Shown piece by piece: positions 11,770 to 25,900 of a stretch of DNA of 64,000 nucleotides (position 1 is its first letter; the number at the start of each line of letters is the position of its first letter). A program made the position numbers and the translations under genes. The stretch is from Phoronis australis (lineage: Eukaryota > Animalia > Phoronida): NCBI GenBank assembly GCA_002633005.1, contig NMRA01000278.1:112048-176047 (forward strand), in the 5' to 3' direction. The notes beneath the pieces were generated by a model, which worked only from the letters and a program-made list of their open reading frames with translations, was not told the origin of the DNA and did no database searches.

Positions 11770-13008
11770 ACAAGTAGAAAGATTATTGTCACGGCGTGAC
11801 AATAATGAACTCTGCGCGTGCGTATTACTGGAATTGTTATGGGAAGTTACTGATAGTTACCCGTTTACAATTATTAGAAGGAATTCTTTGAGATTGTAGG
11901 ACAAATTACATGTTGATATTTTGATGACCTTTCAACTAATTAATCTCTTCCGGTGCATTATGAGCCCCTATGAGGGAATAATTGTAATCTCGATTGAAAT
12001 TGTGGTTAATGCTATGAATCCCAGATGTTTTACTTTAAGCACTTCAGAATACAAGACGAATGAATTGGCCAAACTTTCAGAAGAAAAGTGCACTTAATGG
12101 CCCCATGGGTGAACCAAATGACCTGAAAATTTAGAATTCAAACTCAATCACATTTAGTAAACAGACATGTAATTTTGAAGTCTGTAGCTCAAAATTTTAG
12201 TTTGCACTCAATGACCTTTGACCTAGTTTTTCTGATCGGTTAGACCTATTGCGAGGTAAAGTAGGGTATTCAACTGGCATGTTGACTTACACCAGTCTGC
12301 TGAAATTTAAAAGAATTACTTGAAAAACGTAAGAGATATTACATTTTGAACGTTTGCACTAATTGACCTTATCCGGTGCATTTTAAGCATCTTTAGGAGA
12401 ATTATTGCAAAGACCATGGAAAATGTGTTTAACGCTGAGAATCACAGATGTCTAACGGTTGACACATCAGAATACTTGTTGATTAAAAAGGTCAAATTTT
12501 CAGAAGAAAAATGCACCTAATGACACCATGTTTGCACTAAATGACCTGAACCTTTGGATTCCGATTTGATTTACCTGTGACAATCAGACCTGTCAATTTG
12601 AAGTGTCTAGCTCAAAATTTTAGTTCGCACCTAATGACCTTTGACCTATTTCACCTGATTGGATGACCCGATTACTTAGAAAAGTATTTTTTAAATTGTC
12701 ATGTTGACTTATACCTGTGCACCGAATTTGAAAAAGATAGCTTTAAAACTGAAGGAGGAGTAGCATTTTGAAAATTGAATGACCTTTGCACCAAGCGACC
12801 TCTTCCGGTGTAATATGGAATATGATTATATAACCAATCAAAAATTATATACTGTCAAAAGTCACATGCTGAATTTAAAGACCGTACCTGAACCAATTTG
12901 GAGTTATTAAGCCTCAAAGCTGGTCAGAAGAAGAATAAGAAGAATATGAATAAAATTGAAGAAAACCCAGGAACAACAATACCCTGCGCTTACACGCGCA
13001 GGGTAATT
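11770..13008 (+). mobile_element. Non-autonomous Helentron/Helitron-type element with internal repeats of about 425 bp
   Basis: 5' palindrome attattgtcacg-g-cgtgacaataat (11782-11806); subterminal inverted repeat ctgcgcgtg/cacgcgcag; 3' hairpin taccctgcgc-ttacac-gcgcagggta (12980-13005); gaa-rich tract; repeat units start near 11940, 12365 and 12797. Confidence 0.65.
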
Positions 13009-13199
13009 AGCAACAAAACAACTTGTAGAAATAGACACGACGTTATTATACTGTTAACATGGTACCTGTATACTTGATTTCGCAAAAACTTTGAAAAGAT
13101 TAAAACAGGATTTTCAACTTTGAGGATTACATTTAGAGTAAATCAAGACGACACGATTGGTTTGCACTGTAATTATTGATATTCAGAATACCTTACGCT

Positions 13200-14520
13200 C
13201 TTGGTCCAGAAGATACCTCTGTTCTGTGTGGTGAACGCTTTAGCATTGCCAAAGCTTACACATCTTTTCTTAAGTCTCCCATCACCAAAGGGCGAATTTA
13301 TCAAACAACTGGAGATTTTTTTTCAGTTTATTTGGAGTAGAAGAATGATAAAATTTCTCGTAATTCAATGGTTCATAATTGTAAAAATTGTGGTCTTAAC
13401 ATGATTCATTTAGTTTCCTTTATTAAAGCTCTTAAAGTAACGTGGTTAAAAAGATTATAAATGGGCAAAATAAGTCGAATTGGATAGATATTTTGCAGAA
13501 TTCAAGTCAATTTGACATTGAGAAGATGACCAATGGAGGAAACTATTTTTTAAAATGGTAGCCCAGTCCACGGGGAGTCCTTTTGGCAAGGATATGTTTG
13601 TTTCAACATTTGAGTTTGGTTCGACATTAAACGAGGTCAAAGAAGATGACAGGATACTGTCCCTTCTTTTATGGCATATTACAAAGGTTCAAATTGGAGA
13701 AAAACCAATATTTTACTTGGAATGAAAAGCCTGTGAGATTCTTAGGTGATTTATTTGACGAGAACGGACATTTGTTGTCATGCAACAGTTTTGCATACAA
13801 ATTTGGTTTTAAACCTTTTTGACACTTTATTGCAGACTGAGAGATTCAAGTGCACAAGTGTCTCAACCAAATATCCCACAACTCTAGCACTTGGCGAAAA
13901 ATTAGAAAGGTACTCGTGATATGTATGATACTTTTCTTACAACTTTGTTTCAAAAACCAAAAGGATTAGAAAAATGGGAAAATACTATTAGTGTTGCAAG
14001 ATCAATGATCCAATGTTAGACTCTAGATGGTTTCAAAATGAGAATTGTACACATAAGTTTAGCAACAAATAACTTTTTAAGGCGAATGGGTATTTCTCCA
14101 ACTGGGCGATATACCTGTTGTAGGAATGAACCCGGAAGTTTAGAACATTTATTATGTGGCAATACTCTTTAAGCCTTTTTGGAAGAGAATAGCTGAATAT
14201 CATTTTCACGCAGAGAACGTCGATATATCGATAGATTTTCAGACTGTCATATTTGATAAAACTCGAAAAGCAAATGAACTGTTAAATCTTATCTTGAATA
14301 ATGAATGAGAGACGGCTAGACATACATGGAAGCTCAGAGTAAGTCTGTTCCTGGAATGCAAACGGTTGGACATCAAATAACAAATGTCTGAAACAGAAAG
14401 TAATTCATGGATCCGAAGCAGACGTTTTCTGTATCGTTCAAACCCATTTAGCAAAAACTGCTAGTATTTTTGTAAATGAGTTTGTTTGGTATTACTGTAA
14501 TATATATATACCATATAATA
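13200..14520 (+). mobile_element. 3' fragment of an L1/Tx1-like LINE, decayed
   Basis: VVNALALPKLTHLFLSLPSP..FQFIWS..GLNM..FIKALKVTWLKRL, and WFQMRIVH..LATNNFL..TCCRNEPGSLEHL (zf-RVT-like). Confidence 0.75.
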
Positions 14521-14879
14521 GAAACGCTATGCATAGGCGTGCTATTAGACCGTGTATGGGTTAGGGGTATTAGTTAAGCCATCCTTTATTACAGAAATAT
14601 AGTGTTAAGGTTGTTGATATATATCATGATGGTATAATTGGACTGCAGTTTACTAATGCGATTTCTGATTAAAAGTTTGTTTTATCTACCTTCAGAAAAT
14701 TTCCCTTGTGGGTGTGACAAGAGCACTGTTATGCTCATTTGTTGTGTCAGTTGTATTCCCTCGATGGTGTTGATTCTTTACTGTCGCAGAATGTGTTATT
14801 GTGTGTTTCCATCATTTAGTTTAGTCATAACTTTCTGTTGTTGTTAATCACCACTTTCTTAGAGTAGAAGATGTGGAGT

Positions 14880-17000
14880 AATATTTCCCATACCTCGAAC
14901 CGCTTGTTTGTGACCATAATGCATCCTTTATTCCTTTGTCTTATTTGATTGATTAATTCGCGTTTATCTTGTATTGAGTAGAAGTTGTCTTATGAGCAGT
15001 ATTAGTAGTATAATCAGCGGTTTCTCCGCATTGAGAGTTGTTATCATCATTTAACAACAAATTTAGATCCTTTATATTTATGTGGAGACTTTAATGCCCG
15101 TATAATAGACATGACAAATTATGTACAGTATGTCTATGTAACCGCCAGCAGACAGCCTTTATTTTTAGATGGTTCTAAATATAGGCACGGGGATTCCGTC
15201 AGTGAATTTTGTATTGACTCAAACGTCTGTGCTCTCAATGGGTGAGTAAGTCCCGATAACCATACATTGTTATCGGGAAGGGGTTCTTCTGATGTTCACT
15301 GCATCCTTACGCAACATGAAAATTTATCTAATTGTGCGCAATTGGAAATTTATACACCCGGAGAATTGGTAAACAAATTTGATCCTCTGAGTGAGCTTTC
15401 TGGTGCTTGCCATATGACAGATCCTTCATTACTTGCCTTCTATTTTTCCATACATTATAATGAAAACCTTTCACATTTAAAAGAAGTTGGCATTGATTCC
15501 CACAAAGTTACAGGAAGCTGTGGTCAATTCCCGAAGGCTTTATGCATTCTGAAATTGTTAACACTGCTATGCAAGAATTAATTGATTCTATTTTGGTTTG
15601 CAGAGCAACCCAAAAAAACATTGACTATATGTAGAGTAGGTTTTGTAAGTGCATATTTGATGAGATGGACAGAAAATTAGTTTGCTATAACACAAAGCAG
15701 GTGAGAAAGAAATTTAGAACAAGCAAACCCAATTGGCATGCTGAATTTTCCAAGCTTTGGAAAGATGTAAGTTTCAAAGAGAAAAGTTTTTGAAATGCAT
15801 GGGCTCTCGAGAAGAACATTTTTTACTGAGATCCCAATGCCTAAGTGCTCAGGTAATATTTGATAATGTTGACAGGAGGATCGAAAGAAAACTTCTGAGA
15901 GATCAAGTTGACATTATAGCATCTTTAAATTTCAATAACCCCATAGAAATTTGGAAGTATAGTAAGAACTTGGGCCCCTTCTTTATAAAGAGAATGCCCA
16001 TGGAGGTATACGATGATATTGGAAATGTTATCCAATAACCAATATGTTTTTAATAAATGGAAGAACGAGTATGAGTCGTTATACAATGGTCCAATTTTAA
16101 ATAATTTTGAGCGTGAATTTTATGCTGATATGCTTCTCAAAAAGCTGATATTGAGCCGTTATTTAATCTTCTCTTCGATGAAAATAATATTTTGAATAAA
16201 ATTATTACTCACAATGAAGTTAAGCGATTGGTGATGAAATCTAAAGATACTAAAAGCAGTGGGAATTGATCAATTATGTTATGAAGTATGTAAAAATGAT
16301 ACCGCTATTGACCCCTTGTCGTATTTGTTCCAAATGGTTTTTCGTTACGGCATGGTTCCTAGTTTATGGGCTAAATCGTTATTATGCCAATCCCACTGGG
16401 TTCACAGAAGGACCCGCGCGTCCCGCTGAGTTATAGATGTATCAGCTTGTTGTCCAACATAGACAAGATGAATAGTATTATATTGAACAATAGAATGGTT
16501 GTGTACGTGGAGGAAAACAGGCTCCTTATTGATGAGCAAAATGACTTTTGTCGTGGCAGAGCATGTGTTGATCACGTCTTTGTTTTGACCTCGGTTATAC
16601 CTAAGCGCTTGAATAAAAACAATCCACATTTGTGACTTTTATAGATATGCAAAAAGCTTTTGACTGGGTAGATATATATATATATAGTTTACTTTTTAAA
16701 ATGCTAGATCTGATGATAATTTCAAAGTTCATTGAATCGGATAAAATATCTATGCTGAGACTCAATCCTGTGTTAAATTTAATAATACCTTTACGGACTC
16801 GTTTTATACACCTTGTGGGGTCAAGCAAGATGTTTTAGCACCTACTCTTTTCGCACTATTTATAAATGATTTGGCAACGGAATTAAAACAGTCAAATTTA
16901 GGAATTCCTATTGGTGCTGATAATGTTTCATCTTTGTTTTATGCGAATGTTTTTGTAGTACTTGCCGAAAGGGAAGAAATTTTGCAAATGAATTTCGAAT
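14880..17000 (+). mobile_element. Decayed CR1/L2-group LINE (end of endonuclease to RT), 3'-truncated
   Basis: ICGDFNARI; PIPLGSQKDPRVPLSYRCISLLS; EQNDFCRGRACVDHVF; FIDMQKAFDWV; LFINDL. Many stops and frameshifts. Confidence 0.8.
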
Positions 17001-17028
17001 TGTCAGATACAACCGTGTAATAACCCTC

Positions 17029-17094
17029 GTGGATTTTGTAGAATTATCACCCTCGGGGCTAACGCCCCTCGGGCGATAATTCCCCAAAATCCAC
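17029..17094. repeat. Imperfect palindrome (centre of a palindromic non-autonomous element)
   Basis: gtggattttgtagaattatcaccctcggggc-taac-gcccctcgggcgataattccccaaaatccac. Confidence 0.6.
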
Positions 17095-18579
17095 TTGGGC
17101 TCTGGATAACGGGGATAACGACTTTGCCATGTAATAATCTCTATTTACGACATTAGTAATCAATTAATGCCTCTAACAATTACGAATTTTAGGACGTAAT
17201 TTACGTGCATACAGTTTGCGGGTTTCGCCAACGATATACTTCGTGATAGTTGCGTGCGTGCAGTAAACGAGACGCATTGTCAACGGCATGGTTATCCAAA
17301 TGGTAAAACGTATACATGAAGTACTTGTTGTCAGATTAAGAAAGTTTCATGGACGTTTTGAAGGAGCTGCACTGTTGGAACGTGCACATGAAGTTAGTTT
17401 TAACAAAACTCATCCTTCGTCTTCATTCACAGTGATTGGTACTCTGTTTTGGTTTTCAAGACTGACGGCACAGCTTCAAAACAGTAAACATTATTCGTTT
17501 TCCACTCTCGTAAATTATTTGTCAACTTAGCAATGGCTAATAAACGCCCGACGTAATATGTGTTCCAGCCATTGCTGTGAAACTTTGACGTGCAAAGTAC
17601 TTCTGAGGCACTTTCAGAGACTGTTGCACTTGTTAATTCAACAGGATGTCTCTATACACTGTATATAGCTGGCTCTTTCTTGACTAACGCTGTAATTGCT
17701 GATCCTGTAAGTGCAACTCAACTGTAACTTAATTTTTATTTTAATGCTTAACTTAAATTCAACTGATTTTCACCAACTTGTACCTGGGTCTTTATAGTCT
17801 ATTGCAATGCAGTGGAACATTCACCAATACAAGAACATTCTAGAAATTCCCAGAATCTACCCCAACCATTCTGTCTACTCCTGACAATGAGATTCCTTAT
17901 ATAGTACGACGAAACATACTACAACTACAAAGGTTTATCTACAACTTTTCTGAGGCATTATTTTGTTATGCCCACGACGAAAACCAGTGAGTTTTGGCAG
18001 TGCCAAGGAAAAGTTTTTTGTGCAAGTTTCACTTCATTCATCTGAGACTCACTACCAGAATGGTGGTATGTAACATAAAATGTAATTAAAACATGTCAAT
18101 ATGAGTATTAGACTCGGTAGAATTAAAAACATCTCCTAAGTCAATTATATCAGTTAAAGCGATTAGTAATCAATCTTTCTTCGCAACTGGTTTCAAATTA
18201 TTCACTTGCAGAACTGGTGGTAATTTAAGGGCTTGAAAAGATTTAACTGCTCGTCATTTTTTAAGACCAGTGTCTACAAACTTTCTCGTCACGTCGTCAT
18301 TTTATGTGCCGAGCATGATATTGAGGAGTAACTATAAATTCTTTGCAGACTGCACTTCCTGCAAGGAACACAGAAGCAGGGATATCTGACGCAATTCACA
18401 GAAGAACTCGACCCGATGTAATTAGTTTTTGTTACCGTCATAATCGGTTTACATCCACATCACCTCGTATACACTTGATCTCACCTCCTGTTCTATGCTC
18501 CAGTCAGTGCTGCATTGCGTTGTAATGTACTTTCGAAACACATCCAGCAAATGTTACTCCAATCAATTACATACCTCAT

Positions 18580-19409
18580 TGTCAGATGTTTGACTGTGGG
18601 TTTTTTGAAAAGGTAGCTATGCTTTGAAGTTGTGCGTAGATGGAGAGTGAATAATCAAATCCAGTAATTAATTTATTATATGATAACCCCTAATTAGACA
18701 AATGAAACCTATTGTTAATTAAGTAATCAACTACAAAGAGTAACTACACTAGCGCCCTCTTTAAAGATTACTTTAATCAAACAACCAAAACAATCAAATG
18801 TCTTATCTGCTATCCAAGCTAGGACTCTCCACTTGTTGGATGTCTGTCCTGTTGGTGAATCTTCGAACTACACACACTGTGTAGCGACAGTGTACTTGTT
18901 GGTCACCGTCTCTGATGATGCAACACTTCAGGTAGTATCTTACTACCCACAATGCAAGTGACAAGCTCTTAGTTAACTTCCTGTTCGTTAACCCTTGCCC
19001 TTGCCAAGATCCTTTCTAGAATCTTCCACGAGATGGCTCTGTCGTACAATTTCCTATGTACACTGTAGCAAGTCTTTAAGCTTCAACTACTATAGCGCAT
19101 CTGATTATCTTCTTGATTTCAGCCCATAATATAACATTCTACTTATTTAGTGATTGGCTAATAAAAACCACATGATCATATCCACTCGTATTATTGGCTG
19201 TTACAATTTGTTCTCAGAATATTCTAGAATCTCTAAAGTACTTTGACCCCAGAACCCAAAGTTGTAAACACCATCTAAAAATAGATTTTGACGTTAAAAT
19301 ACACGTCCACAAGTCTGACCCCATGATTTAAAAGTACATTTGCACAAATTTTGGGCAATTTAAAATGGATCTATTTTTACTTATTACTTAATCAATATTT
19401 ATTCTGACA
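18580..19409 (-). repeat. 3' LTR of the Gypsy element
   Basis: TGTCAG...CTGACA termini; direct repeat of 27267-28096 with about 25 substitutions counted by eye. Confidence 0.95.
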
Positions 19410-19410
19410 A

Positions 19411-19430
19411 ATAAGCCCCTCCTCAAGAAA
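19411..19430 (-). promoter_or_regulatory. Polypurine tract
   Basis: Minus strand reads tttcttgaggaggggcttat immediately before the 3' LTR. Confidence 0.8.
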
Positions 19431-19513
19431 ATACTTCTTAAGATTTTCTCAACATGGAAGACTTAAATATTGATAAACACTTAGATCTATTACCCAGTTT
19501 CCATGAATCTTCA

Positions 19514-22500
19514 TTACTCTAACCCACTGAGGTAATCGGCGCCAACATTTTCTGACCCTTTGATAGCTTCAACCTTAAATCGATAATTTTGCAAAAACAA
19601 GGCCCACCTCATGATACGTCCATTGACTAACTTACTTTTTTGAATGTAAGCCAGCGGTTGATGGTCAGTATGAATGACAAATTCTTTACCATACAAGTAC
19701 TTCTCAAATTTTCTGATGGCAAATACAATAGCCAAACATTCCCTCTCTATGACAGAGTAATTCCGTTCCCGAGGTAACAATTTCTTACTAGCACATGCTA
19801 CTGGGAACCTGCCATCATAATACTCCTGCAACAAAATACAGCCTATTCCAGTATCTGAAGCATCAGTCTGAACAATAAAAGATTTACTGAAATCAGGTAA
19901 TCTCAGAATGGGTGCTCTCGTCAGCAGGTCTCGAAGAGTGTCGAATGCATGCTGCTGAGCTTCTTCCCATTGCACGGTGTTAGGCTGTTTCTTCTTTGTG
20001 AGCTCAGTAAGTGGGACGGCGATTTCAGCGAAGTTTGGGATGAACTTCCTGTAGTAGCCAGCCAACCCAAAAAAAGAACGAACTTGTTTCTTCGTTCTGG
20101 GTCGTGGTGCAGCTCGGATGCGTCCCAGCTTTTCTTCATCCATTGCCAGGAGCCCTTCACCGACCACATGTCCAACGAAATCGACGGAACGAGATCCAAC
20201 CGAACACTTGGTGGGTCATAACGTTAGCCCAGCCTCTCGCACACGTTGGAAGGTGTCTCGCAAGGTGGCAAGGTGTTCAGTCCAGACCTTATTATGGCAC
20301 AGAATGTCATCCACATAATGTTCTGTAGTATGTGCTCTTGCCAATATCTTCCTCATCATGCGGTTGAAGGTCGCTGCCGAATTTAAGAGACCAAATGGCG
20401 TCTTTACGAACTTGTAGCAACCACTTGGTACTACAAACGAGGTCTTAGGCCGTGATTCTTCATCGACAATGACTTGCCAGTACCTTTACTCAGATCAATC
20501 TTTGTAAAATACTGGTCTTTACTGATCTTAGCCATGATGTCATCAGGATTGCCCATCGGTTCCGAGTCGAACTTGGTGATGGCGTTCAAACGACGAAAAT
20601 CGATGCAGAATCGATTTGAACCGTCCTTCTTCTTCACTAAGACCACAAGAGAGTTATAGGGAGCATCAGATGGTTCTATGACTCCACACTTGAACATGTT
20701 GTCAATTTCCTCCTGCACAACCAACCGTGTGGCATATGGCAGGGGATACGGCTTGACTCTCACCGGCTCTTCACTGATGGTCTCAATCTTGTGCTCAACC
20801 AGATGGGTCGTACCTGGTACTTCACTAAAGATGTCAGAGTACTCTTCTAGCAGACTTATCACCTCCCTTTGTTGGCTAGTAGTGAGCTCGTCTGATATCT
20901 TGACATCTTTGTACGTTTCTTTTTGGTTTGTCGATCTCAACTCTAGTAGATGTTCATCATCGACAACACCAACTTCATTGTCCATTTCAGGCTGAAGTAC
21001 AGCTATGGCCGCGATGTCAGAATTCTGATCTGCATCATCTTTACTTGCAGCCCCACTTTGGTCACGAGATATATAGAGTTTCAAGAGGTTGGCATGGTAT
21101 GTCTTGGTCTTTCCACCAACCCTTACTCGATAATCCATTTTGTTGAGTACCTCGGTCACTTCATAGGGACCCCTCCACTGCAGTAGCAGCTTGTTACTGT
21201 CAGTTGGTAACAATATTAAGACTTGGTCTCCTACTTTGAAGCGACGATCTCGTGTCTTTTTGTCATAATGGTGCTTGTATGCTTCACCAGCATTTCGTAA
21301 GTTTTCCCGCACCAGTTCACATGTCTCTTCCAGACGATGTCGCAAGTCAAGGACATACTCATAAGTATTCCGTACGTCTGATGTTTCATTGCCAGTCCAC
21401 AACTCTTTAAGCACCTGCATGGGCCCTCGCACGGTTCTACCATACAACAGTTCAAATGGCGAGAAACCTGTGCTCACTTGTGGTACCTCTCGGTAGGCGA
21501 ACAGTACTGCTGGTAAGTACCGGTCCCAGTCTTGTGGACGCTCTTGGCACATTTTCTTAAGCATACTCTTCAGTATACCGTTAATACGCTCACACAATCC
21601 ATTGCATTTCGGATTGTACGGAGTGGTGAACAGTTGCTTCATGGATATCAACCGTGCAACTTCCTTCAGAACTTCTGAGGTAAACTGTGTCCCACAGTCA
21701 CTAAGCACCTCTCGTGGAAAGCCAATTCTACAGAAGGTTTCAAATAGTGCTTCTGCGACTCGCTCAGCTTCTATTCTTGGTAGAGGGACTGCCTCTGGAT
21801 ATCGTGTGGCATAGTCTACGATGGTGAGAATGTACCGGTTGCCTCTGTCTGTGATCGGCGACACAGGACCAATCAAATCAACAGCGATACGCTGGAACGG
21901 TTCTTCCATAAGTGGCATCTCACCCAATGGCACTTTAGAGATCCTGCCCTTAGGAGTTGTTCGCTGGCAGATATCACACGATCTGCAGAAACGATTTATG
22001 TCACTGCCAACTCCTGGCCAATAAAAGCTACTGGCTATTCTATCACTGGTCTTCTTCACACCTAGGTGCCCACCTACGATTGACTCGTGAGCTAGCGTCA
22101 TAACCTGTTGTCGATATTTGACAGGGACAACTATCTGACGCAACTCTTTGGTGTTATCAGCATACACTCGGTACAGGACCCCCTTCTGCTTCTCATACCA
22201 GTATTGACCTCTACCACGTGTTCTTGCTGGTTTTTCTTTCTCAACAAGTTCCATGAGCTTACGTAGGGGAGGATCATGTTGTTGCTCATCCTTCAATTTG
22301 CTGCCGTCGAGACTTTCCACTCCGGATGGAGTCACCGCCAAAGGCTTAATAGGTTTCTTTCTCTTCTTAGCCTGTGCTCTAGAAGTAACTGCGGACATGA
22401 CACTGCCTTGTGGCTGCCAAATCGGATCAGGATCCTTGCTGACGCCAACAGCATTCCCTATGATGAGGTCGTATATCGGTGTTCGCATACACATCGCCTC

Positions 22501-22920
22501 GATTTCAACAACGAAGTAAGGAGTGTCTACCTCAATCTTCGCTGTGGGGAAGGATCGTGCTGTCCCATCTATTAACACACAGATGTGTTGTTTCCCCGTC
22601 AGTTGACTTTCTTTGACTAGGGATGTCTTCACCGCTGCACTACTGCATCCGGTGTCACGCATCATGCGTACCTTTGTTTCGTTAACGTAATTGTAACAAA
22701 CAGGCATATTGTGGTCAGCGGGTGGATCTCTGTGCTTGTCACAGGTCCCTCTCTCTACGGGTATTGATGTCCCATCGACTAATTTCAGACAGCCATCAAC
22801 TATGTGCTGTTCTATTGGACTACTCTTTGCTACCACAGCTTGACACAATCCCGCCTTCTTGGTGTCTTCTTTCTTAGTCCGTTCTTGCTGCGTGGAGGAC
22901 GACTGCTCACTCAGCGAATG
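19514..22920 (-). pseudogene. pol: Gypsy pol: protease, integrase, reverse transcriptase, RNase H
   Basis: PR RDTGCSS; IN H2C2 (LAHESIVGGHLG..CRSCDIC) and DDE core (AVDLIGP, LSDCGTQF, NGLCER); then RT (RFCIDFRRLN, KIDLSKG, HYVDDIL at about 20310); then RH (VQTDASD, YSVIERECLA, HTDHQPL). Frameshift near 20480 and a TGA near 20218. Confidence 0.92.
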
Positions 22921-25900
22921 TTTTGGACTGGAAGTCTTTAATTCTACAGTCCCTTGCTAGATGACCTTTCCGATGACAATTGAAACACTCTTTGTCACCC
23001 TTGTTCCTGGTCATTGACGAACGAGGAGTCTCTGTCCTTCGTTCTTCTGTGTTGCTTGGCGGTGCCTGTCTTCTGGCTACCTGTCCCAAGTCTTTCTTTG
23101 CAAACCCTTTGCCCAATAAACCAGTACAGTGGGCGTCCATGTACTGTTGAGCAATGGCTGACATCTCGTCGAAGGTCTTCGGTTTCCGTTCCCTCAGGAA
23201 TACGGACATCTCAGGATGGCATACTCCCAGAAACTGTTCTCGGATCAGTAAGTCTCTGAGTCCATCATAAGTCGCCTCGACCTCCGCCAGTTGTGTCCAT
23301 CGGTCAAAGAACCTCTTCAGTCTTGCCCCGAATTGGAACACATTTTCACCCTTTTCAGGCTTGGACTCTCTGAAATTTCGTCGGATCCCATCTTCGGTTA
23401 ATTCATACCTGTGCAGCAGCGCCACCTTTAGTTGGTCATATTTGTTAATTTGGTAGGACGGCATGTTGTTGAATACCCGTAGGCCTTTACCTGTCAACAA
23501 TGGACTCAAGTCCACAGCCCACTCCAATTTATCCCATTTCTGGCTTGTGGCAAATGTCTCAAATCGGGCTAGGAAGGCATCCATGTCGTCGACGCGCTCG
23601 TCGAACCTTGGCAGTTTGGGACGACTGGTACGTATACCACTGCTTGAAGCCCCACCACTAGGTGTCGCTTTGAGCTCAATCTGGAGTTGCAGTGTCTTCT
23701 GCTTCTCAATCTCAATAGCTTGGGCCCGCTCGGCTCGTTCTTGTTCGAGCTTATGTTCAAACTCGGCTTGCTCTAGCTCTCGTTGATGAGCACGTTCTGC
23801 CTGTTACCGTGCAAGCTCGGCCGTTTCCAGTTCTTGTTTATGGGCGCGCTCTTCCTGTTCTAGTTCCCTTTTATGGGCACGCTCTTCACGCTCCAAGGCC
23901 TGCCGCAAGAGCTCCTCTGCGCACTTCCTTAAGAATGATTCCATATAAAACCATATGAAAATGAAAAATCACTATATACTCAAAAATTCATACAGAGCTA
24001 ATACTTTGTGCATGTGTTGGGATGCTGGCCCAAAGTACACAGCTGCAATATTTGCACTCAATGACCTTTGGTTACCGAGATATGACCTATTTGGCTATAA
24101 AGGCATATTTTGCATTTTTTCATGTCAGTAAAACTGCATTTTTTGAACAGCAAAAAATCAGACTTGGAAAACTGGTGACAAAGTTTGACATTGATGGTCA
24201 TAAAGACTCATGTAAGGTTAGTAAGAAAATGAAATTTGCAACTCATAGGTACAATTAAATTTCCAGCAGGGGAGAAAACTCCGAAACCACTTTTCAGGCC
24301 AGTCAGTAGTGGCAAGATGTTGCTTAACCTGCCTGCTATATCGGAATATATTTGAAGTTGAAATTCTCTGTGTAGACACTTCTAAGATTGAACTTTGATA
24401 ATTGCTTTTAAAAAAACTTGTCTCTTATATATTTAGTGCTAAATGTGTTCCTCGAATTTGGGCATTTTTGTGATGTGGCCTTACTCTGACTGACAAGAGA
24501 ATTGAGGCTACTCTTTTAGTTTAGAGATATCACCTAAAATATATGATCGAATATCAACAATGCAATATCACAAAAAGTTAAATTTCACTTTTGAGACCCC
24601 AATTTTCTAAAACACTCCATGCTTTGTTTAACCTTACCAATAGCACTTTCGGGTTCGAGATTACATGCACTTCCTGTCACTGCGAAGAATATGGAGGAAT
24701 TTCCTTCTTGTACATTTGGTTAATTTTCGTTACATAAGTGTAATCGCGGAGGAAATGTGGCCTTCATTAGCTGTGTTAAAGACGTCAGAAGTCATCTGAA
24801 GTCGTGAAAAGTGCCACAGAAGTTTGAAAGTATATCGGAATTACAGCTGATTCTTGCCAGAGCNTTTCAAGACAATCTGATGTGTTATCTACTACCACAG
24901 CTGTATCATCACCTGAGTTGTCTGACGTTTACGTTGTTGATCAAGTCGCTGCAGGATTAGGCCCTGAAAAGTATTAGAAAAGCGGTCCGCTTCTCTGAGA
25001 AGGTAAAGACTTAACCCAGTGATATATTTACTGAAGGTGAACAGTCAGGCAGAAAACAACATCCAGCTGAGATTGTAAAGATGATGCGAGGAGCCAAGAA
25101 TAATCAAGGAAAATTTTCTCCTCTGAAAAGTGGCTGTCAGAGCAACAGATTGCTGGATTTTTCTCCCGTATGGTTGCCGCGTCTCGAATCCGAAATATTC
25201 AGAATATTGAAGATGATGATGCTGCTGCTGCCCACGAGTTTGCCTCAAAGAATGACTTGGAGCTTGAAGTCATGAATGAGTTATCATCATAAACTGTAGG
25301 AAATTATAAACATGATTTAGTTGTTGTCTATTCCTATGATATTGTTGTGGTCATCATCATCGTAGCTAGGGACTAAGGTCCACACTGGGCAAAATTGGGG
25401 GCTTCCATGGGGGAGAGATTTGAGTGATGGCCGTTTGAGGAAAATAATCCAAGCCACTGATAGTCAACATTAAATCTTCTGTCACTTTTACTAGCGTTTT
25501 TTTGTTTTATGTCCAGTTTGAGACTTGTAAAAGCATTACTTTTTACATGATTGATTCTATTGAAACTACTGAGATTTTTATAGAAGTGATTATCTAGTTT
25601 TGAGAAACGTCTATCTTAGACATGTGTACTGAGCAAAATAAAAGAACTTTGTGTTTCAGTACCTCTTGTTTTCTTCAAACAAAATGCAGTTTTTGAAGTG
25701 TAGTGTAGAAATGCATCATACACTAAACCTAGCATACCTTCAAGAAACTGTGGTTTTGAGGCCGCCACATGAACGGAATTTACATGTGTACATATTGTGA
25801 AACTTTTAGCTGGTAAGTCGCAACAGCACCCAATTTCTTAAATACCGGTTTGGAAAGCCGGTATCTTGGATATCACTGAAAGTATTATGTTTTCAATCGT

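Noticed and set aside
17001-17886. Solo LTR (TGTCAG...CTGACA)
   Set aside because: The flanks show no TSD and there is no similarity to the neighbouring LTRs.
22900-22960. Programmed gag-pol frameshift
   Set aside because: pol is +1 relative to gag with no clear slippery site, and the copy has other inactivating mutations; a 1-bp indel is simpler. Other copies would settle it.
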